Below, piece by piece: positions 1-7,426 of a stretch of 14,795 bases of DNA. How positions within the stretch are numbered: position 1 is the first letter of the stretch; the number at the start of each line of letters is the position of its first letter. Position numbers and translations under genes: made by a program. Origin of the DNA: Promethearchaeota archaeon (GTDB taxonomy: Archaea; Asgardarchaeota; Thorarchaeia; Thorarchaeales; Thorarchaeaceae); assembly GCA_048939765.1 (NCBI GenBank), contig JBHLPF010000011.1, positions 1 to 14,795 on the forward strand, written 5' to 3'. The notes under the pieces were generated by a model, which saw only the letters and a list, made by a program, of their open reading frames with translations, made no database searches and was not told where the DNA came from.

Positions 1-435
1 TTGCGACGAGAAATGGTGCCTAGTCATGGGAGGAACACGGGAGAAACTCTGCGTTGTACGTTCGAAACTGAATTGGATCCAATACATGTAAAGACCATGA
101 TGCTGGGTTTGCAATATCTTGACTCCAAAAAGGTACCATATAATGTTCCTATAGATGATGACAAAGACCTGTTTAGATTCGCGACCTTCGACGTGGTAGA
201 AGTAATGGAGAAGGGAGTAGAAGAAAAGGGCCGATTCATAAGCAGGAGGAGGCAACCTGAGAGGAAGATTGAGCTTTCAGACTTGGAGTTCATTGGAGAG
301 GCTAGAGTCTTCATCAACGCTTGTAGGGATCGGCTCATCGAGAATTTAGACAACTCATTACGAGAAAAGCTATTTGGCATTGAACAGCTGATTCTGGACA
401 AATTACAGGCTGCTGAGGAACCAGAAAGACGCTGA
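1..435 (+). CDS. hypothetical protein (start uncertain, may extend upstream of the window)
   Basis: Open frame from the window edge to TGA at 433-435, with a protein-like, charged helical C-terminal half. No family recognised. Confidence 0.6.
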   Translation: MRREMVPSHGRNTGETLRCTFETELDPIHVKTMMLGLQYLDSKKVPYNVPIDDDKDLFRFATFDVVEVMEKGVEEKGRFISRRRQPERKIELSDLEFIGEARVFINACRDRLIENLDNSLREKLFGIEQLILDKLQAAEEPERR

Positions 436-552
436 TAAATAGCGATAATTAAGCCCAATGAACTGTTTTGAACTTTCATAAAGCTTCGAATGCTAAATAA
501 CAGGATATAGGCCCCATATCAGATGCCGATTCACAATAGTGCATAATCGTCA

Positions 553-585
553 CTATAAATACTCAGGAGAAGGGCATCTTGGTGA
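553..585 (+). promoter_or_regulatory. putative TATA box (TATAAAT 554-560) and RBS (GGTGA 581-585) for the surface-protein gene
   Basis: TATAAAT lies about 30 nt before ATG 591 and GGTGA lies 5 nt before that ATG. Confidence 0.45.
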
Positions 586-590
586 ACCAA

Positions 591-1685
591 ATGAGAAAGC
601 GTCACCTGTTCGAAAAAGCATTGCTACTGATGGTATTTGCCCTGCTCGTTTCGTCAATCCCTCCTGTGATTGCACAGGATAACGGTGATGATGATAGCTC
701 GACCGAGGATGATACCACTACTGACGATGGAGTGTCAAGTGATGACAATCACAATGACAATGATGATGATGGCGTAAGTGACGACAATGAGGATCGAAAC
801 AGACGCCAGCTGGATATCTCTGCTTCTGCAGATCATGTTGAGATCGAGTCACAGCTTGAATCAGGCGGTACAGAAGACTCCTTCAAGATTGAAGTGAGCA
901 CTAGCCCTGATGGTGTGGAGTTCAAGGTAGGATTTGACACGGAGAACTTGACTGCAGAAACTGAGCGCGAGTTCGAAGTGCAGTTCGAAAAGATTGTAGA
1001 GTATATTGACGACAACAGCAATGGACTCTATGATAAGGAGACTGACACCGAGGTGCAGACTCTGCGACTAGAGAGCTTCAATCCAATAGCGTACAGTGTT
1101 GAGAATCATACAGACGGTAAGATTCACATACTGAAGGTCACAACGACAGACGATGTCTTCAGTGCTGTGATCTATGCAGCCGGTGAGTTTGCGGACATTA
1201 ACGGGACTGTCATTGCGCCGACTCAAGTGAAGATTGATGTCATCATTCAGGACTTCAATTACTTGGAGAATGACTCTCAGCTGGCACTTGAGGTCAAGCT
1301 TGAGGCATCCATGGAAAAATCCTATGAGGACATCACAGAGGATGAAGAGGATGGAAGAGCTACTGAAGAGGCAGCCGTTGATGTGATTATGGATGAGGTC
1401 TCAGGATTCTTCTCATGGAAAGAAACCGCAGAGATTGATGGAATCACATACCCAATCAACGCCAGCATTGTCGAGGTCAGTCCAACTCAACAGAAGATCT
1501 ATCTCAACTATGTCCGAGGCGATGTTATCATCCATGATCCTAAGGTCGGGTTTGAGAACCTCCTAGTAGGAACCAGTGGAATAATGGGAATTGGCGAGTT
1601 GCTAGCAGACAATTTTGTCCCTGTTGCCGCAATTGCAGCAATTGCAGTCTTAGGGATGATTGTATTAGTGAAGCGCAGATCATAG
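591..1685 (+). CDS. secreted Asp-rich cell-surface protein with C-terminal membrane anchor
   Basis: Signal peptide (MRKRH...LLLMVFALLVSSIPPVIA-Q) and a low-complexity Asp-rich N-terminus. Dx[DN]x[DN]G-like motifs (DNDDDGVSD, DDNSNGLYD), N-glycosylation sequons, and a C-terminal TM helix followed by KRRS. ATG 591 is preferred over TTG 579 because of the GGTGA RBS. Confidence 0.85.
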   Translation: MRKRHLFEKALLLMVFALLVSSIPPVIAQDNGDDDSSTEDDTTTDDGVSSDDNHNDNDDDGVSDDNEDRNRRQLDISASADHVEIESQLESGGTEDSFKIEVSTSPDGVEFKVGFDTENLTAETEREFEVQFEKIVEYIDDNSNGLYDKETDTEVQTLRLESFNPIAYSVENHTDGKIHILKVTTTDDVFSAVIYAAGEFADINGTVIAPTQVKIDVIIQDFNYLENDSQLALEVKLEASMEKSYEDITEDEEDGRATEEAAVDVIMDEVSGFFSWKETAEIDGITYPINASIVEVSPTQQKIYLNYVRGDVIIHDPKVGFENLLVGTSGIMGIGELLADNFVPVAAIAAIAVLGMIVLVKRRS

Positions 1686-1702
1686 TGTGATCATGTCGCT
1701 TG

Positions 1703-1753
1703 TCTCTGGAGTTGAGAGGACGACCTCTCCTCCAGAGAGTTTCTGTTTTTGTT
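1703..1753 (+). terminator. hairpin plus U-rich tract after the surface-protein gene
   Basis: TCTCTGGAG-TT-GAGAGG-ACGA-CCTCTC-CTCCAGAGA forms a 15-bp stem with a 2-nt bulge, followed by GTTTCTGTTTTTGTT. Confidence 0.65.
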
Positions 1754-1825
1754 GATACCGCTAAGAAGAGGCGCACAGTGCATCAGACTTAAGAAGATGA
1801 AGCATTCGACAAATCGAAGGATGAA

Positions 1826-2959
1826 ATGAAACTTAGAAGGACTGAGAAAGAAACAGCCAAGCAATTCGACTTCCCGGCACCAATGTACTTCATCGCCAAG
1901 TTGGTTCATCAATTTCCTACAATGGCCAATTTGATGAACAAGACAGAGTCACTCATCCTCAAAAGGCAGATTGCAGATTATGCAATTGACCGTCCAATTT
2001 ATGTGACTGGGATGGCCCGGGCAGGAACAACTATTACACTGGAGATGCTGAGTCAGCATCCCAGCGTCGCAACTCATCGATATCTACACATGGTCCTACC
2101 CTATACCCCCCACTTCATCCAATTGGCGGCAAACGTGCTCCCCCTTATGAAGTCGCCAGTCGAACGCCTACACAAAGACCGACTTCTAGTCACTCGCGAT
2201 AGTCCTGAAGCGGTGGAGGAAATAATCTGGCAGAGATTCTTCAGCAGCATCGTGGATGAATCCCAGTCAAATATCCTCGATTCGACGACTAGTAATCCAG
2301 ATTTCGAGATGTTCTACATGGAGCATCTTCGGAAACTGCTTTTCAACCAGAACGCGACTCGATACGCGGCAAAGAACAACTACAACGCTTCTCGAATGGA
2401 ATATTTGCAGAAGATGTTTCCTGATGTTCGATTCGTTGTTGTGATTCGCAATCCATTTGACCACATAGCCTCACTTGCTAAACAGGACATAATCTTGAGG
2501 AGTTTCGAGAGTGCCGATCCTCGACTTCTTGACTGGACTAAGATCATTGGACACAGGGAGTTCGGTTCCGCGAAAATATGCATTAATTTTGGAAACTCCA
2601 AAACTGTGGAGATGATTCGAAATCTCTGGTCGAGTCCAGGAACATATGCGCAGGGCTGGGCTGTCTATTGGAATGAGGTATACTCATACTTATTCGAAAA
2701 ATTAGATTCGAATCCAAATCTCGCTGATGCTACCATTGTAGTTCGTTATGAAGACTTGTGCGAATTCCCTGAGAAGACAGTCGATGCGATTGTTCAGCAC
2801 GTAGAGATTGACCCTGAGAGCTTCCGTCCAATCAAGGAATACTACAGCTCTCGTCTTACTATGCCCACGTACTACAGGACAGAGTACACCGAGCAAGAAC
2901 AGCAAGATATCCTCCGAGAAACTGAGGAAACTGCTAGTAGATTTGGCTATTCGCTCTGA
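1826..2959 (+). CDS. PAPS-dependent sulfotransferase (Sulfotransfer_3 / P-loop sulfotransferase family), cytoplasmic
   Basis: 5'-PSB motif PIYVTGMARAGTT, PEAVEE, AKNNYN, 3'-PB motif VIRNPFDHIAS and the VRYEDLCEFPE motif. No signal peptide or TM helix. Confidence 0.9.
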   Translation: MKLRRTEKETAKQFDFPAPMYFIAKLVHQFPTMANLMNKTESLILKRQIADYAIDRPIYVTGMARAGTTITLEMLSQHPSVATHRYLHMVLPYTPHFIQLAANVLPLMKSPVERLHKDRLLVTRDSPEAVEEIIWQRFFSSIVDESQSNILDSTTSNPDFEMFYMEHLRKLLFNQNATRYAAKNNYNASRMEYLQKMFPDVRFVVVIRNPFDHIASLAKQDIILRSFESADPRLLDWTKIIGHREFGSAKICINFGNSKTVEMIRNLWSSPGTYAQGWAVYWNEVYSYLFEKLDSNPNLADATIVVRYEDLCEFPEKTVDAIVQHVEIDPESFRPIKEYYSSRLTMPTYYRTEYTEQEQQDILRETEETASRFGYSL

Positions 2960-3021
2960 TGCCCACTGGTAGCTCTATGTGAGCTACAGCTTCACAGAAG
3001 ATTATTATCTGAATCCCAAGG

Positions 3022-5118
3022 ATGCCAGAGAACATGAGAAGAAGGGTGAAGGTTCTCATAGGCCTAGCCATCGTGCTTCTGATAACGGTCCCTGCGGTGT
3101 ATCTTGTCTTCAACATACTTCTAACGCCACCTGAGGCTGAACCATTCAGCCTCGATGATGCACCACAGTACATCAGGGATGCACAGGAAGAACTGAAAGC
3201 GAAACTGGAGGGTGAAACTCTCTCTTGGGACGATATGCCCCAGTTTGTTGAATTCTCGCAATACTTGGCAGACTACAGCCCGGAGATTCAAGAGTTAACC
3301 GAGGGGTGGGATGTGACCGTCCTATTTGAGATAGGTGATACAGACTACATGTGGTTCTTCGTTGAGGACGGTTCAATAGACATTCAGATTGGGACCGAAC
3401 CTCCTCAGGACTACGGAATTCGAGTGTCCTTATCATTTGAGACCTTTGCCGATATATTGCAGCAAGATGAGACCCCACTGTCCGCCTTTCAAAAGGGAAC
3501 CCTGCAGTTTGAGGGGCCATTTGGTCAGGTTCTGACAATTGCTCAGATAACCGGGATTGTCAGTGCGACCATAATGGGCACTCATTCTGGGAGTGTAGGA
3601 GGGCCAGAATTCGTGGTCACAGTGAACCAAAGAGACAAGTATTTGGAAGGAGGACTCACTGTATTCTCCCTCTTTGAGGTTACAATCGTTCCAGAATTTC
3701 TTGGACAACACCACATGTCACAAATTGGACCCGGTTCTGTATACATTGTGGACGATTACGGTACGGTAGTTGCACAACTCGAGAGTTCGGCACATACTGT
3801 CACTGAGTTCATTAATTCAACTACGATGATGATGGGCGGGCAGGAGGGTTCTATGCAGCTATGGAACTATGTGACGGATACACTTGAAACTCTGCCAGTG
3901 CCAGCGGGCCATCACGAGATTGAATACAATCCAGCAACTGACACATTCATGGTATTGGAATATGCCCTCTCCGATGAGCAGTGGGACGGTAAGAATGTGA
4001 CGTACGATGTCATCTCAGAATATGATAGAGAGGGCCAATTGGTTTGGCAATGGGATGGTCGAGTATATTTCCCATTCAACTCAACTCGTCATACAAGCCT
4101 AGGACTCAACGAGACGTTCAGGGGCGGTGCAGATTGGATGCACTCCAACAGTTTCGTATGGGATAAGGCAGGTGGTTTCATCTACCTCAACGTTCGCAGT
4201 GTTGACGCCATCCTCAAGATCGATTATACTACCAAAGCCGTTCTGTGGGACGCGGGTCGCAATGGAGAATTCACACTTCTCAACAAGGATGGCATTGAGG
4301 TGGAGTCTCTATTTCATCATCCTCACAGTCTGGAACAGATAAGCAGCAATCGATTCATCATCTATGACAATGACTTGTATAACACATCGAATCCTTCTAC
4401 AATGACTCTGGAGAACTCGACAGGACACTCAAGACTGTTGGAGTTGGAGATTGACGAGACAGCTCGAATTATGAGAGAGGTGTGGTCATGGACTCCTTCC
4501 AATGACTCATACTACTTCCCTGAATCGGGAGGTGATGCGAATCGCCTGCCGAACGGAAATACCCTTGGAACATTCGGAAACAAAGGACTAATCCTCAATG
4601 TTCGTGACCCAGTTATACTGACGGAAGTCACAGCTGAGGGCGAAATTGTATGGGAACTGCAGGTCCCATGCATAAACAATACTTGCTACTGGGTTCAGCG
4701 GGTTGACCGCTTCTACGAAGCCCCCATAATAGAGGTCAATGACTATACACTTGATCTTGACAGTGGCGATTTGTGGCTCAATGTATCAGCTTGGAATTCG
4801 TTCAAGCTGGATGCCAATTCAGCTGCTACAGTGAAGGTGGTTGCAGACGGACAAGAGGTCTATCAGGATTCGTTCGAGTTCCCACGACAATGGCAAGATG
4901 CAAGTGTACAATTTACTGTGAGCGGACTGTCTTCAAGTACGGAATTCATTGAGATAATAGTTGAGAACAGCGATGGGGTTGAGGGCCATTTCACTCTATA
5001 CGATGAGAGAGTCCCCGCACCTCAGTTGAGCTTGCCTCTACTATTAATCATAGGGTCTGTAGCCGTGGCAGTTCCAGTAATTATCTGGTACGCGAGATAT
5101 CGAAGGCTTCTAGCTTAA
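3022..5118 (+). CDS. aryl-sulfate sulfotransferase (ASST/AssT family) fused to an N-terminal SCP2 lipid-binding domain, with N- and C-terminal TM anchors
   Basis: ASST motifs GHHEI, DWMHSNS, LNVRS, FHHPHS, IYDND and GGDANRLPNGNTL. SCP2-like segment at about aa 75-178 (VSLSFETFADILQQDETPLSAFQKGTLQFEG). TM at aa 11-34 after RRRVK, and a C-terminal TM before RYRR. Alternative start at ATG 3034. Confidence 0.88.
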   Translation: MPENMRRRVKVLIGLAIVLLITVPAVYLVFNILLTPPEAEPFSLDDAPQYIRDAQEELKAKLEGETLSWDDMPQFVEFSQYLADYSPEIQELTEGWDVTVLFEIGDTDYMWFFVEDGSIDIQIGTEPPQDYGIRVSLSFETFADILQQDETPLSAFQKGTLQFEGPFGQVLTIAQITGIVSATIMGTHSGSVGGPEFVVTVNQRDKYLEGGLTVFSLFEVTIVPEFLGQHHMSQIGPGSVYIVDDYGTVVAQLESSAHTVTEFINSTTMMMGGQEGSMQLWNYVTDTLETLPVPAGHHEIEYNPATDTFMVLEYALSDEQWDGKNVTYDVISEYDREGQLVWQWDGRVYFPFNSTRHTSLGLNETFRGGADWMHSNSFVWDKAGGFIYLNVRSVDAILKIDYTTKAVLWDAGRNGEFTLLNKDGIEVESLFHHPHSLEQISSNRFIIYDNDLYNTSNPSTMTLENSTGHSRLLELEIDETARIMREVWSWTPSNDSYYFPESGGDANRLPNGNTLGTFGNKGLILNVRDPVILTEVTAEGEIVWELQVPCINNTCYWVQRVDRFYEAPIIEVNDYTLDLDSGDLWLNVSAWNSFKLDANSAATVKVVADGQEVYQDSFEFPRQWQDASVQFTVSGLSSSTEFIEIIVENSDGVEGHFTLYDERVPAPQLSLPLLLIIGSVAVAVPVIIWYARYRRLLA

Positions 5119-5576
5119 CCAGAATAGGAAGAGTACTGTCTATGAGAGAGGGGGCACCTTCTTCTGACAAACAGGACTATTACGGTCACAAGCAAGAGGG
5201 CAGACGCTGTGTCCAGTAATTAGTGGAGATTAGCCAACTGTAATTGCATTGTCGACCACGGCATTGTAGACTTTCAGTTTCGAACCCGGCATCAATTTCC
5301 GAACCTGTCTCTTCGGTTTCTTGCCATTTTGTGGGCTCTGGGTGCACAAATTGGAAATCAACGGCTAACGCCAATTGATATTCTTTCTCAACAATACGAA
5401 TCTTGGTGTTAGAAAGTTGGCATTTGCAAAGATTCGTCGGAAACCCAAACCTGAGCCCTCTTTTGAAGGTCATCACCGTCTGAAGGGGCAAGTGAGGGTT
5501 GAATTGTACAAAACCTCTTTCCGGAGGTAGAACCCCTGCCGCTATCAGTGGGTATGGATTCAACTTCTCTCCTTTC

Positions 5577-5610
5577 GGCCGTGCCTGAGGTACGGCCCAT
5601 CTCCTTTTTC
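5577..5610 (+). terminator. GC-rich hairpin followed by a pyrimidine/U tract
   Basis: GGCCGTGCC-TGA-GGTACGGCC (9 bp with one G-U pair) then CATCTCCTTTTTC. It lies about 20 nt beyond the stop of the convergent LRR gene. Confidence 0.45.
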
Positions 5611-5616
5611 TACTGA

Positions 5617-6231
5617 CTATTTCCAGTTGATTCTACTCACTAGTGATTTTAGCGCTAAAGGCGGTTTCACTTTCTTGAGTTTGGATGATGCAGACATACT
5701 CACGTCTGAGTCAAGACCCAATTGGACAAGACGGCGACAATAATAGAGCGAAGATAAGTCAGCAGAGGTTATTTCGTTCTTAGTAAGGGTTATGTTCCGC
5801 ATCTTCTTGCATTTGCGGAGAGGAGAGAAATCTATCGCTTCAAGCTTATTCTCGTAGAGATGGAGCGCTTTCAATTCTGTGCAATGCGCTAGGGGCGCTA
5901 GGTCAATTGAACGCAATCTATTGAAGGAGAGATCCAGGTGCATCAGACTTGCACACCCTTCAAGAAATGACAAATCAAGGGTTTCGAATTGGTTTCCGCC
6001 AAGATAGAGCTCAAGCAACGTAGAATTGCCTTGTAATTTCGAGAGGTCAACAGATTGTATCTCATTGCCGGAAAGAGTAAGCACCTCTAGGTTTTGAAAC
6101 TGATCAAGTGACGAAAGGTCGGTCGTAGCAATCCGTCTATCACTGAGGTTAATCTCTGTTGCATCTGTATCAAACTGCTCTACAACTTTGCCGCCCGTCT
6201 TTGTTTCACTCCAAATGACAATCTCCGTCAT
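5617..6231 (-). CDS. leucine-rich repeat protein
   Basis: About six 22-aa repeats LxxLxLxxNxLxxIDLSxL (e.g. LEVLTLSGNEIQSVDLSKL, LMHLDLSFNRLRSIDLAPL). TTATTAAG TATA-like box at 6275-6268. Confidence 0.92.
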   Translation of the reverse strand: MTEIVIWSETKTGGKVVEQFDTDATEINLSDRRIATTDLSSLDQFQNLEVLTLSGNEIQSVDLSKLQGNSTLLELYLGGNQFETLDLSFLEGCASLMHLDLSFNRLRSIDLAPLAHCTELKALHLYENKLEAIDFSPLRKCKKMRNITLTKNEITSADLSSLYYCRRLVQLGLDSDVSMSASSKLKKVKPPLALKSLVSRINWK

Positions 6232-6341
6232 CTATGACAAACCCTAGAGTTGCGTACAGGGTCTCCACTTAATAACTACGATTGCAGGCTCAACTATGAT
6301 TTTGTTGTTCAGATCCATTCTATGATGGATAGAATTGCAGA

Positions 6342-6869
6342 CTATGATAGTTTCAGTTTGAACACTTTCTCAAACTTGTCAAGTTTTGGTCGAATTACGT
6401 ATTGACAATACTGCTGGCTTGGGTTGTTCTTGTAGTAATTCTGATGATAGTCCTCTGCACGATAGAACTTGGTGAAAGGAACTATCTCAGTTACCACCGG
6501 ATTCTTCGAAGCTCCACTCTCTTCGACTTTGGACTTGGCTTGCTCAGCAGCCTTCTTCTGTGAATCATTATGATAGAATATGGCTGAACGATATTGAGTT
6601 CCTATATCGTTTCCTTGGCGATTGAGTGTGGTAGGATCATGAGTCTCAAAGAACACCTCAAGCAGATCTTCGTAAGTGATTTGTTCTGGATCAAATTCTA
6701 TCTGGCATGCCTCAGCATGACCAGTCCTTCCTGTAAGGACATCTTTGTACGTAGGATTGTCTGTGTTTCCGCCTGTATAGCCAGATACAACCGAAGCTAC
6801 ACCTTTGAGTTGCTGGAACACAGCCTCAACACACCAAAAGCAACCTGCTGCAAACGTCGCGGTCTCCAT
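6342..6869 (-). CDS. msrA: peptide-methionine (S)-S-oxide reductase MsrA
   Basis: GCFWC active site, TGHAE, HDPTTLNRQGNDIGTQYRSAIF, AEDYHQNYY and a resolving YC. Confidence 0.97.
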   Translation of the reverse strand: METATFAAGCFWCVEAVFQQLKGVASVVSGYTGGNTDNPTYKDVLTGRTGHAEACQIEFDPEQITYEDLLEVFFETHDPTTLNRQGNDIGTQYRSAIFYHNDSQKKAAEQAKSKVEESGASKNPVVTEIVPFTKFYRAEDYHQNYYKNNPSQQYCQYVIRPKLDKFEKVFKLKLS

Positions 6870-6931
6870 ACACTAACCAAGTAGCGAATGCAAATCAATA
6901 GCTAGGAAGAGGCACAACATGTCTCTACCAG

Positions 6932-7327
6932 TCAACCCAGGTTGCTTAATCTGAACCAGTGTTCAATGAAGAGAATACCAAGCAGAAGGTCACCTGCAAC
7001 GAAAGCAAGTACCAAGATGGATGCCTCTCCGATTATGAAGTAGAAGAAGCCCACGACAAAGATCATGACTTTCTCGAATATCACAACGGGAATGAATCTC
7101 TGGCTGACCTCGAAGTTGATGCTGATGACATAGAGAAGTAGGCCCACCACGAATACCAACAGGAAGAAAGAGTCGGCCCATAGCATTGTCGGGGGAGGAG
7201 GCACATCACCTGCTAGGGAGAAATAGGCAATATCAATTCTAGGCAACACTGCAAAAGAGATGGCCAGTATCATGTTCCAGAAGGCTGCTAGTTTGAACAA
7301 CAGACTGTGATATCGTTCTCTATCCAT
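6932..7327 (-). CDS. small integral membrane protein (about 4 TM), function unknown
   Basis: Four hydrophobic segments with buried EK and GD motifs. ATG 7327 is preceded by an AGGTG RBS. The longer start at 7432 overlaps the divergent gene. Confidence 0.8.
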   Translation of the reverse strand: MDRERYHSLLFKLAAFWNMILAISFAVLPRIDIAYFSLAGDVPPPPTMLWADSFFLLVFVVGLLLYVISINFEVSQRFIPVVIFEKVMIFVVGFFYFIIGEASILVLAFVAGDLLLGILFIEHWFRLSNLG

Positions 7328-7426
7328 GAAATCTGCACCTTTGCAGCTTCTGCAGGAATCGTGCATATAACTCCGACGACTCCAATGAAGGAAGTTCCTA
7401 TATGGAGAGGTACGTCTTGGCTCAGT

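Noticed and set aside
678-794. GAT/GAC-rich quasi-repeat DNA
   Set aside because: Explained by Asp codons of the surface protein. It is not a CRISPR array or a tandem DNA repeat.
5451-5500. Possible SECIS element or hammerhead ribozyme in the structured region
   Set aside because: The GA pairs are placed as in a K-turn with the bulge on the wrong side for a SECIS, and no upstream gene has an in-frame UGA. The hammerhead core CUGANGA is absent (only CUGAUAG on the - strand).
5186-5600. ORF-track ORFs 5186-5563 (125 aa) and 5409-5600 (63 aa) on the - strand
   Set aside because: They overlap each other, have atypical composition and show no recognisable motifs. They cannot be excluded but are not supportable as genes.
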